A stretch of 60,978 nt of DNA, filler included, from Sluysia triapertura (Eukaryota): the NCBI GenBank assembly GCA_046118255.1. It is 5 parts of 5 records of this genome, joined end to end, with 100 filler letters (N's around TTAATTAATTAA, not from the genome) between each part and the next. Parts side by side here need not be neighbours in the genome. Positions count along the whole stretch, not along the records: positions 33,656 to 50,065 come from JBJNIA010204373.1; positions 50,166 to 60,978 come from JBJNIA010193106.1; 3 more parts are not named here. One strand, written 5' to 3'. The notes under the pieces are model-generated. The model ran no database searches. It was given only the letters and a program-made list of their open reading frames with translations, and was not told the DNA's origin. Below, piece after piece: positions 39,877 to 52,149 of this stretch; within the stretch, counting starts at the first letter, position 1; each line of letters opens with the position of its first letter. A program made the translations under genes and the position numbers.

Positions 39877-42186
39877 CTGATTAAATACGAACAATTAATT
39901 TGCTATTATGATTTATTATTTCGATTTTAATATCATAATACTTTAGCATAATTACTTTATTGAAATATACAATTTTAGATTTAGAAGATTGAATTTATTT
40001 TTAATTTATTTGTAATAATTTGTAAACATAATAAACTATCTAGATTTGCAGAATCTTTGAAGGTTAAAAAGATTTTAGAGCACAATGTGGGATTATTCAT
40101 GTGTCAGCTTTGACAACAAATTGACATCAATTAAAATTTTATAAAATATCCGAAGACAGGCAGAAATTCTAATAAAGATAGGCATCATGGTTCGAAACAG
40201 TTCAATGTGATATTAATTTCACTTTTAATAACTTAAATTTACCGATTCAAATTTAGTGTTACCTTTATTATATATAAAATTTTAAGGATAAGGAATTAGT
40301 TAATACTATGGGAGAAAATCAGATAACGTTCATTCATTATATGTTATGATGTAATTGCGTAAATCTGCAAATCTACATTTGTGATTAATAGTGCCGTAAC
40401 CAGATCTGCCATATACTATAAATTATCATTTTGTACAAGGTTGTAGTAATAAGATCCTACTAGATAAATGGTTGTTTCGTTTAGAAGAGTAGGACATTTC
40501 ACAAGCTGATTGCTTATGGAATAAGCCCTTTTTATATTTTAATAAGAATTTCAAATTTTATTATATTGTTTGCCTCGAATGGAAGCAAATGATGCGTTGT
40601 TTTTAATTTTCAAAATTATATGTTTAAAGTTAAAAAAGAACTAATGAACTTTAAGTTCAATAATTATAAATGTTTAAGATGCCTTAAGCATCAGAGTTTC
40701 ATAAAATAGCACATCTTAAAAACAGTCGTACATTTAAAAACTTTAAGCCGAACAAGATAAATAATCACCCTAAGTGCGATACAGCCGAGTTTACTTTTAT
40801 CCTAACAAGCGATTTGCATAAAAAATTCGAGAGTATCTTTTAAAGTTTCAAAGGTAATTATAAGATTTAAATATTTATAAAATTTATAAAATATTTATAA
40901 AATTTTTGATGTTTAAAAGATGTTCGAGTCACATTATAATAAAATAGAGATTCTGGATTGTTCCGAAATCATTAAAGAAAAAAATCACAATTTATGTTAG
41001 AAAGTAATATGCGTGAAGTTTCTTCCGTTACCAATGTAAGATTAATTTGAGGCTGTAAAATGTTCAATGATGGATGATTAGAACTTAAAGACAAGATAGA
41101 CTTAGTCATCCAAGTATTACAGATATAGGTATCATAAAAACCTCCGCTGAAACAACTCCAGTTCACAGTGTTTGAACAAAATCAAGTGAGTTTCAAATAC
41201 TTCTATAAACGTATTTCTGAATTTAAAATCGCTAAGACTAATAAATGTCGCGAGAAAATGCAATGTAATTTGGAAAATAAAAGAAAATAAAAATTACAGA
41301 TTTGCAAATATCCTAATGATATGACCCTTTCAAAAGGATTGCTATTAGTGACGCAAAGTGTATGTATTATTATACCAAAAAGTCACGATTTGTATTTGAT
41401 GAAATTTTGAAAATTTAGTTCGCTTCAATTGATTCATTTTGATATTCAGTTAATCAACTCTGACCTTGACTGTTATCAGAAAAATGGATGAAAATGATTG
41501 AATTAGTCAATAGTAATAAAATTTTACTTCAGAAAAGCAATGCCAAAACTCAAAAATAAAACAATTGTTATATCCCAGATCAAATTTACAATCTAGATCC
41601 TGCTCATCAGATAATATTACCTGTTTCGGTCAAAGATTTCTTTTTTAAAGAACAGGATCTTCATATTCGACCTCTCTAAACATCTGTTTTCATTCCCAGT
41701 ATTTATTGGTAGATTCTTTCTTATTTGTCACTCCAGACTTTCTAGAAATTGATCTAATAAGAAAAAATAACAAGAACTTTCAGATTCATAACAACTTTTT
41801 CTAATATCTTTCTCAGAATTTCTTTGTAATATGGATTCTTTATCACATTCTGCAAAATATTATATCTTTTCCAAAATTTCTAAATTAGATTTCAAGACTT
41901 CCTCTTTTAAAAATTTACTTATGCCGGATTCTACTAATACATTTCCTTTGACCTAAGCATGAGTATAAGGAGCTCATGATATCTGAAAGATTTCAAAAAC
42001 TGCTTAACTGACTCTTAGTGTTACATTTAAACATTCTTTACAAATAATAAATTATTTAAATACAATTTTATATTCATCAAAGCGATATAAATAACATACT
42101 TAGGCCTAATAGGAAGATTTTATCGTTTTTAAAGTCAAAAACAAAATAATTATAAATATCGATTTGCTTAAACAATATAATCTAAC

Positions 42187-42544
42187 GATTATCGGCTGCT
42201 TCAAGAACAGGTGTACTTGATACCGCAAGGTTAGCAACATTACCTGCCGTGGCAGGTTGAGATGGTGCTGTATTTGGTACTCTTATATTTACTGGTTGTG
42301 CAGACGTAGATGGGGTTGTAGGATTATTGTCAGTTTGTACCGATGCACCATTTACAGCACTTGCTACTGGAACAGATAAGTGTCTGTTTCTCTCTGGAGT
42401 TGAACTTCCAGCTTCATTTGCCACTGTATCCTCGTGACTTATTTGCCGTCGCCTTAAATACATTGTGGCAGCATCTATTTCATTGGTTTGAGGTAACAAA
42501 TTCGAGGGTAGAATGTTTCTCTGAATATTACTTATTTCTGGAGT
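42187..42544 (-). CDS. NEDD4: NEDD4-family E3 ligase exon (inter-WW linker)
   Basis: TTTTTTAG acceptor, TPEISNIQ...YLRRRQISHED...EAADN-C, GTTAGA donor. The RRQIS motif matches NEDD4, and the phase-1 end fits exon 39668-39876. Confidence 0.8.
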
Positions 42545-42578
42545 CTAAAAAAATTTTGACTTGAAAAAATACTGCAAA

Positions 42579-42722
42579 NNNNNNNNNNNNNNNNNNNNNN
42601 NNNNNNNNNNNNNNNNNNNNNNNNNNNNNNNNNNNNNNNNNNNNNNNNNNNNNNNNNNNNNNNNNNNNNNNNNNNNNNNNNNNNNNNNNNNNNNNNNNNN
42701 NNNNNNNNNNNNNNNNNNNNNN
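42579..42722. other. Scaffold gap
   Basis: Run of 144 N. Confidence 0.95.
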
Positions 42723-44099
42723 AGTATGTATATCTTGCCAGCGAACAAGAGTCAAAAGAATTTTAACTATCTAAAAAATTTTTACTCATTTTTATAACTG
42801 AACAAATGAAAAATCTTCCAAAAATTAAAATAAACCGCAAAACTGAAAACAATTGAGCTTTAAAAAATCGAAGAAATCCAAATACAATTAATGTTTTTTA
42901 ATTTTTAATAGTTCAAATGCGAAAACATGGTTGTGATATTTTTTATTTGTTTTAAATGTCACAAGCTGCATAATCGTTCAAAAAAATTATATTTTTGGAA
43001 GAATACTGAAAATTATTAAAGATATTAAATTATTCACAAAAATATGTCAAGAATTATAGGAAAAAGTATGCATCAAGTTTGTAATATGATTTTAAATAAT
43101 TTTTCAAATGCTTTTAAATTTAATTTAGCTTTAAATGCTAAACGTAAATTAATTTTAGACAATTATTTGATTATTTTATTATTGTAACAAATAAAGACGT
43201 AATTCAAAATCGATTGAATGTTAAAATGTATTAAACGATTTAATAATGAAAAAAGAATTAGAATGATAATCATAGGAATTGATAAAATAAATTCAATTGT
43301 TTTATAGATTTATGAATATAAATCTTCTAGAACTTGTAATTATAATAAGTTAAATTATTTTAAATCAAAAATAAAAGCAAAGAATACTTAGAGTGTTCTG
43401 AAAATTTTGTAAAACCATATTCCAAATAGATGAGTATTTAAAATTTAATAAATATTATGCAAACAAGGTTTCCTTTACTTAGTACGCCGATTTTAGAAAA
43501 AAGCATAGTTAAGAATACTGATAGAAAACTAAAACCAACACAAGACTAATAAGAAAAAATGCCATCAATTACCCGTTCTATGGTCCTAATTATCTTGATT
43601 TAATTTGAATATTATGAATATTTTATGAATTTGCTAGTTGAATTAAACATGAAATTTTGTAAATAGTAAAAACAAAGATATTGTCAAGACAGGTCCAAAA
43701 TACTGTTATAATGTGATAAACTATTAAATAGAGTTTATTGTGATAAACGATTATTGATAGAGGTCGAGGTCAAAACCATTTTAATGTAAATTACCGTGGA
43801 GCTGCAATTTATGAAATATTAATGCTTCGACAATATTTTATGCAATTACTTGACTTATTTACTTTTATAATGATTCTAAGTGCGACTTTCATTTAATATA
43901 CAAAAAATTGTTTAAACATTCTTATTTTGCGAATAAAAACAATACTTTACATAAAACTGATGAATATTTTTTCTATACAAGTATAAAAATAAGATTTTTG
44001 TTGCTTCCAGATTTCGAGATATTCCCCAAAAACGGGGTCTTCAAAAACTTTGTGTAAAAATGTAGAAAAAGAATTTATAATAATCAAAGCCATTTGAGT

Positions 44100-45330
44100 A
44101 ATCATGTTTTTTTTCATAGTGAATCTACAATATCGACTTGAACATGACTAGATTTAGGACATCCTTTGGTGTTTCTTACTTAAATAAATTAAGGAGTATC
44201 GTGAAAGCACCGTATTCCAGAGGTTTTATATTTTCATCATGTAATCGCTCCGTTAATGTTTCGCTGTTCTCGTCTTCATCACTGTTGTATCGTCGCAGAT
44301 GGTCCCAAAATTGCATTCTTTAAAATATCCTGATCGACCGGACATTCTTTGTTCTGATGTTTTCCATTATCATCAATTACAACTTCCAGAGCATGTTGAA
44401 ACAGTTTCGTATTACAGATTGAGTTATTTCATCACAGGCCATTTTTGAATAAGATGTTGCAACTAATAAGGCATTCTTTTTATCACTTCATATATTTGAC
44501 CTATAGGATTTTTGTAGTAGAGAATTGTTCTAATTATTAAAATTATTTTTGAATGCTTTGATTATTCCCTGATCATACGCATAAAATAGCGTTTTTAGAA
44601 AGACTATGTTGACGTTTAAATGTGGCATTGTCTATCGACAGAGCTCTTTTTTCTTTTCTCTCTACTTTTCCCTCATTTTTTCAATTAAATGAGATAACCA
44701 ATTTTCAAAAGTATTTTTTATCATCCAAGATTTGTATGAAGCGTCATATTCGATACCGATAGCTTTCAGATCTATTCCTCTTAATAGTTTTGGTGACTTC
44801 AACTGTCATATTATGAGTGGATTATATTTTCACCTAGGTAACTACAACATAAAAAAGTACCTTTCTGATTTTATGTCCGCCAGATGATTCGTTTTTTCAG
44901 CAAAACTTTTACTCGAGTGACTTATAAAAATCTGCTGTTTCATCGCAATTGAAAATATTTTCTTCGCCACATTCCTCAATTAAATTGATAATTGTTGATA
45001 GAAAGTTTTCTACGCTTTCTTTATCTGATGATCGCCTGGAAGGATTTTGAATTTGATGTCAAATTGTTTTTTGGAATCTGTGAAGCCATTTATATGAAAC
45101 GGTAAAGTCCGTATTTAATGCTTATATGCGATTTTACGTGCAATAAGCTTCAAAGTTGGCCCATTGATTGGATCTGTGATAAAGAAAAGATTGGTGAACA
45201 TCTACATTGAATTGGTATTGCATTGTCTTGCTTGATGTGATTTCCTTTTTTTCAATTTCAAACGGCGTAGACTTCCTTTAGAAACAAGATATTTTTCACA
45301 AATATATGCATTCTTATAGATACCAGCTTT
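44100..45330 (-). mobile_element. Decayed pogo/Tigger (CENP-B-like DDE) transposase
   Basis: Minus-strand peptides PINGPTLKLIA, SYKWLHRF, ENIFNCDETA, SWMIKNTFENWL and DQGIIKAFK, broken by stops and frameshifts. Confidence 0.85.
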
Positions 45331-48300
45331 ACATATTCTGATCTTTTGATCTTTGCCATAACTCTTCTAAAAAAGTGTAAAGTAAATTGAAAAATTGAGA
45401 ATGAACTTTATCTCACACAAAATGGTTTTTCGTGAATACTTTTTGAAATTTTTTTAAGAAATTAGCTTAATAGAACACAATTTTAAAAACTAGGAAATCT
45501 TTATTAATTTTTTTCAAATGTAAATAATATTTCTCCAAATGGAGTTTAGTCGTAGGGATAACTATGAAGTTGTGGAAAAATTTCCCCAAAGTTAGGTCTT
45601 CTTCCCGTTTACTTTCTCCAATGGGCTTCGTATTGTATTAATAAAAATAATGACATTCAAAATCCAATTCAGTGAATAAAATAGATGTAAAATTTGTTGA
45701 AGAAATTTAATGAATAGAATTTTATGTGGTGATTGTCAGAAAACTTCATTAGATAATAAAAAAGATGAGAATTTTGTGTCAGAAATATTAAAAATAAATA
45801 ATACATAAAACTTCAAAATGAAAAGAGATTTAAAAATCAATAGAAAACAGAAATTTAACCATACAGGCAGAACTATAATGAATTATTAGATTAATAATTA
45901 AAAGAGTTCTAATAAAATTCAAATTCCAAGATATCAGTGTTAAAATCTATTACCAAGTAATACAAACATGTCTTATTCCAAAAGAATTTACTTGATATAT
46001 TCTATTGCAATTGTGAAGTTTAAAAAGTATGTAAAATGTACAAAAGTTCATTTGTAAAATTTTGCACAGACATTTTAAATAGCCTGTTAAAATCACATTA
46101 AAATCAATTTAGTTAATACTTCAAGGTTTAAATCTTTAAATAACTAAAATCTTCATTCCTTCTTATTCTACATAAGACTATAAATATCTTTATTGATTTG
46201 ATAAAAATATTAATTATTGTAATTAGTTCTGTTTACAATATTAAACACTAACATTATTCGCACAGTTTCAGCACTCATTTTAAATAGAGGTTTAAAATCT
46301 ATTATAAAATTAAATTAATATAGTTTTGTTGATTGTTTATTTGAGTTGAATTTCTTAGTGATATATGCAATTAGTAAAAATAAAAGCTATTGTTTATTAA
46401 CATTAGAAAGTTTTTTAATTACCACAAGCCAACACTGTCGTTGACCTCCATATTTCTTCATAAACGTAACTTACAGTTTTATTCTGAAAAATCCTGTGGA
46501 TAAGCCATTCTATAAGCTTTAGATCAGAGGCGAACTCATTTAATCTTGTTTTCATTTATGATAATAGGTTTCTCTTGATTTACTAAAATAGCATTAAATC
46601 TATGATTCTAAAAGATTTAAATTGCTAGAAGGTAAGTTAGATTTTAAATGTGTTAAAATATTATAAATAGATTTAGGAGTACATATGTTATAAAAATACT
46701 TAATTTTATATGAGAATTGACTAAATTAATTTATAAATTCGTTATTAATTATTTAGATAATTAAAACATTTTGATGATACAAATTCAAAATTTTAACAAA
46801 TTAAAATCCTCTTTAACTCCAGGTTGGTTAAAGAACTAGAGAAATGTATTCCCCAATTTGCGGAATGTGATAAAGGTGAAAATGTCAACACAAGAAAGGG
46901 TCCATAGGTCAAGAAGAATACAGGTTGAAGTAATTCAAGCCTATACATGTAGAAGGAGCATGTGGTGAAAAGGTCTGATGATTATTTCTAAAACAATGAC
47001 AAATTCAAGATTTGAAATTAATTCATTAATGTTTCTTAGGTTAGATAAATAAGTATTATTGTAAATTACTACGTAACTTTGCGAACAAAAATTTTAATGC
47101 TTTTGAGGCTAAAATCGACAGTAACATCTAATGGATGTTTAATGTTGGGATTTATCATATTATTATTACAATTAAATTCATTTTCAAGTTCAGTATTTAA
47201 TATTATTTTGACAGTATAGTTTAAGCGATACATACTTGTATGTTGCTTTCATTACACATGATCATTTTATTGAAAACTTGTGTCTCTTAAACATGCAAAG
47301 AAAATTTTAAGGTTTCTTTCAATACTTTTATGATAATAACTAAGAAGACGCCAAAATTTTAACTTTTTTATATTAAAATAATAAAGACAATTCGTAATTA
47401 GAGTATCCAGAAATTTACAAAAACAAATATATAAAAATTAATTAATGTGTAATAAGTATTAGTTCCTTCTAAAATCAAATAGTGCACTTCGATTATACTT
47501 TGTATGATTATTCAACGAATTTATCATTGAATCATGTTCGTTGCACTTAAACTATTACACTGTGCTGTTTCGATTTTTGACATTTTGTAACGATCGTTCA
47601 ATGTTATCTTCAAGTGTTTCACATAAATACGTGAGAAAACTTTTCACTTTCTCAATGTAAGTCATTATTCTTGAATGAATAGAATTTTAACAAGTTCATT
47701 TGTTTGTTCAAATAGTTTTTTAAAAGTTTTTTAATAGTTTTTTAATAGTTTTTTAAATAGTTTATTATAAACTATGCACTTTATCACTATTAAAAACTGT
47801 ATTTACAATCCACATCAGATTGTGTAATTCTTGAAATAGTCTCTTCATTAAATTTAAACTGTTCACTTTAAAATATCCGATGCTTATTAAAATCGTAATA
47901 ATCTTTACGTTGATCCTATCTTATAGTAATAAAGAAAACTGTTTGTCTTTTAGTAGGGACATCTTACAATGATCTGCATTACGTAAAACTCGTGTTAAGG
48001 CTTGTATTGAGAACAGCATTGATTCTACGTCGATTCACTAATACCTGCTGAGGAAATACCTAATAAAAATAGTCACCGGATGTTATAACCAGATAGGTGT
48101 ATCTAACAGTGCTATTTTTCCTTATCCTTAACGAGTTTCATATTTATTTATTTTGTTAAAAATTCAAGATCATTTTCGAAATTATGTAATTTTATTTTAT
48201 AATTTTTTTATCATAAATTAATTAAACAAAGTTGTTCATTAAAAAATTCAGTTTTGTTCACATTTAACGCAATTAAACACTAATTTTTATTTTGGAGTTA

Positions 48301-48667
48301 TTGATTCTAAAGCTTTATTTTTTAAGTCATTTAAGTTCCATTCAATTTTTGTTTTTCTTGAAATTTTTCAAAGCTTTCTTTTGATCGAAGTATATTCTCA
48401 TTCTACAGCAATCTGAGCTGTAGTCATTAAATACGCATTACTTATTTGTACATGTTAGTATTCATTTTGTTTTGCCGTTCTTTCGACGTTTCTGTTTGAT
48501 ACGTTATCACTTTTGCTTGTTAACTAAGTGTGACGAGTTTCCATATATTTTCGGCTTGTTTTTTCAAGGCGCTTTTTGCTGTTTATTCAAACAATTTTCA
48601 AGCATCTAGGAATATTTTGCTGTGGTTTATTTACTAGACTTTTAATAGTACTTAGTAAAAATTCCAA

Positions 48668-48747
<80 letters not shown>

Positions 48748-49698
48748 GAATTATAATTAGAATAATAATAAAATTATAATATTGTTTGATACCTCACCAT
48801 TAGTCAATTTATAAAGCTGATATCACATCATTAGCCAAATATTTCACTATTTAACAAGCTAACTTTGTCATCATTTTTCACAATTTCAATTCACAGAAAA
48901 TAACAAATTATTTATAATTTTTAATGCTCAATTTCTGATGCATGATATTGTAGGACAAGAAATTGTTAATGCTTTATTTATGAACAAGTTTATTCTAATT
49001 TGATGATTAATTGATGAACAAAGATAAATAATTTTACTTGCTTATTATTTTCCTTATAATATAAATGATTATTATACGAATTACTTTTTAACAAATTCGG
49101 GAATCAATTGTTTAAGACGATTTTACTCCAATTTATTATCTTCAATTTTGTTTTGCATTAGTCTATTTTATATTGAGTTTGTTTTGTCAATGAGGCTTAA
49201 AATTGTACGAAATATCCTAAATAATTTTTAAGCAACATTAATGGTTGTCTAAATTTACCTTTCATTAAAATAATTAATATTATTATTAAGATTTAAGGCC
49301 TTAATAATTAACAAAATTAATCACATTTCTGTTTTGTGAGGAAAAGCTATTTAAATAAAACCCTCGCAGTAATTATCATTATTAATATTAATACTATAAT
49401 TAAAGTTAATTATATGTTAATTTAATTATATTTTGATTTTAAAATTCAAACAAGGCTTGTGCAAAATAAATTTGAATCAATTTCTAATTGTTCGTCCGGA
49501 TAATGATTAATATTCAATACTGAATTAATTCGTAATTCAAAAAATAATTCAGAAATAATAAAATTTATGTACAGCTATAATCAAACTGACATTCAGTAAT
49601 AATCAAAATTAATTCTATCTCGCAACTGTGTTTGGTAATTATTATTCATTTTCTGGATAGTCACATAAATATTTCAAATCAGTATCAAAACATTTAAG

Positions 49699-50065
49699 TG
49701 TAGTGGCAACACTCATAACTTTAAATTAATCAAAATTTCATATTCAATATCCACAAATTAAATTTCACTAAAATCCAATTTTAAAATAATCACACTTTTT
49801 ACTATCCAACTTCACCAACACAAACATCATAAAATAACATTCGATATTTACAACACCTCATCAATTCACATATATCAACAATTTAACTAACATTTTAACC
49901 ATCCATAGCATAACAAACTTTGACATTTAACCTCGAATAATTCACAACATTCATTCACCAGATATTTCAACAAACAAATCACAATCACAATATAAACTTC
50001 ACAAATCATAAATATAATAGCATTATCAAACAACGCTAACAAATACCTCAGAAACATAGATCATT
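49699..50065 (-). mobile_element. Giant LTR-like unit, copy E (terminus only)
   Basis: TGTAGTGGCAAC then a C/A-rich tract. Shares TCAGAAACATAGATCAT with copy D. Cut by the contig end. Confidence 0.6.
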
Positions 50066-50165
50066 NNNNNNNNNNNNNNNNNNNNNNNNNNNNNNNNNNN
50101 NNNNNNNNNTTAATTAATTAANNNNNNNNNNNNNNNNNNNNNNNNNNNNNNNNNNNNNNNNNNNN
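50066..50165. other. Artificial contig linker
   Basis: N44-TTAATTAATTAA-N44. Confidence 0.95.
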
Positions 50166-50726
50166 CTGTGAAGAAGTCTTACCTATCGCCTCTTTCTTCT
50201 CTCACTACTCAACCATTCTTAGTAACACTCCATTCTTGTAAAACTCTTTCTTGGCCCTCGGCGCGGTTCATCACAGTACAAGTATCCAGCCAATTACCGT
50301 TTCCAGCATGCAGTGGTATCCAGTATCCAGTTATAGTGACATCATTTTGACATGAGTCTGAAATCCTATTTTTATGAAAACCATTATTTTGTATACAGCC
50401 TTCGGGCAAAGGTTTTCGATGTTATAAATAATATAGTTTTCGTATTATTATTATTATTATTATTAATGCCAATGCACATGAAAGAAGTTTTCTTTGATGT
50501 CGGTTGTGTGGAGGCACTTTGTCACTCTGTGCCGAATATTGTCAGATCGTTGGTTGAGGAACCTCCTCCATGATCATCCTGAGTTGCCTTCCAGGTCATT
50601 ATGGATGGATGGTACCTACAACAATGCCATATTAAAAGAAAATGATGCAAGTTGCCTCTTACTTGTATTAGGTACCAGATTCATTTCTGTGCCTCATCCT
50701 TGTGAATAATGATTAATACGACTACG

Positions 50727-51410
50727 ATGTTCGGTGATAATGATGAAAAGCAAAAAGATGATGAAAATATTGATGAACCTGAAGAATATGACGAAAATGA
50801 TAATGACCAAGTTGTTGATGAAGATCCAGCTGCTCGTTAAGAAGATGTTTGTGAGGATGAATTAGAAGAAGGTGATTGTAAAGATGAAAATCCAGTTTAT
50901 GAAGAACATAAAGATGATACTGATGAGGAAGATAATAAGAATAATACCCATCATGCTGTTGATACCTCACCTCAGAGGGAACAGCATATTGGTAATGCAG
51001 CTGCTTGTGATGTTTCTGATGAAGACGAAGATGATAATGACAATGATGGTCCAGATGTAGAAGATGACGCCATAGAAGAAGAAGATGATAATGATGATAC
51101 GGATGATGACCCTGATCCTGCTGCTGCAACTTCAACACAAAGAGAAGAACAATATTGCATAAGTCATATTGGTGGCGATAGAGATTTCGCTGTTCGTGGT
51201 TACCAGACAGTAGTTGTTCCTGTTCCAGTTGTTCCTGTTTGGAATGAAGATGGTACTGTTGATGATGCACCTAGTCCTACCCGTGTTGTTGCATTTTTGG
51301 AACCCGAAGATGGATCTTCAACTGTTAGAGACAAGGGCCGATTGTTAGTATAAAAATGGACTGAAGATAGATCGGCTGTTCGAATACTCTATTCCAGGTC
51401 TTGTTCTTGA
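50727..51410 (+). pseudogene. Asp/Glu-rich reading frame with two internal stops
   Basis: MFGDNDEKQKDDENIDEPEEYDEND... runs 228 codons in one frame, with TAA at 50838 and 51351. Confidence 0.55.
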
Positions 51411-52149
51411 CCCAAAAAGATCCTTTCCTGCTGCTACTGCTAACGTTATTTTATTATTACTCTGCTTGATCTGATCTTTTTTCTCTGTATGTCTGAGCTG
51501 TAAATGTGTGTGTGATGTATTTTCTTTCATCTAGTCCAAATATTTTAATCATTTTTATCCTCTTTATTGTTGTTGTAGTTGTCGTGCCCTCTCTTTTATC
51601 CCACGTTTCAAAAGTACACTTAGGGTTTGGTTCTAGTAATAAGGACCTTCACTAGTCTTCGTTGCCCAGATATCGTTCTTGTTACTTCCTTGTGCGACCC
51701 ATACTATATGAACCCCATCCTTTTCAAGTTCCATTCTTGGATACCTCTCGTGCTGCCCTACGATTCGTGCAGTAATCTGCATCAAATCTCATTTTTATTT
51801 ACTTGTCATTGATCCTCTGCGTCGCAAAAACAATCAAGCTACCAATGCGATATGGAAAGGGCTTTCACAGCGCATCTATTTCCTTCTTGACATTAAGGGC
51901 ATTACATTTCTCGCAAAGTCACATTTCCCTTTAAACTACAGAGTAATTCCTATGACTGTGGAGTCATGATTTGTGGGCATTTGGAGGCCTTAGCTTTACG
52001 CCGCTTCCTTATGGACATAGATCCACGAGTCCTTCGCTGCTTCTTGAGGCCGGAACCTAATTTCTCTAAAGAGTCAATCAAATCTAGTCCTCAGGATTTC
52101 CAATCAACGTCCTGACATGTTAATCAAAAGACTGGGCTTGTCCCACAAA

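Noticed and set aside
42528-42797. ORFs spanning the N gap
   Set aside because: Artefacts of translating N.
47500-48545. Possible decayed gag-like ORF on the minus strand, and similar coding-like DNA at 40990-42000
   Set aside because: Too many stops and no diagnostic motif.
48576-48779. Poly-Ile ORF, and similar short ORFs at 23049, 28381 and 38049
   Set aside because: Translations of microsatellite or low-complexity DNA.
37245-50065. Copies D and E as one 13-kb element
   Set aside because: Spliced NEDD4 exons lie between them, so independent insertions are more likely.
10825-50165. Recurring TTAATTAATTAA between N runs as a biological motif, and linkage of the ankyrin, scramblase and NEDD4 genes
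   Set aside because: The identical 100-bp spacers are assembly linkers, so the genes lie on unrelated contigs.
50722-51270. 182-aa His/Gln-rich minus-strand ORF
   Set aside because: It is the antisense shadow of the GAT/GAA-rich acidic plus-strand frame.
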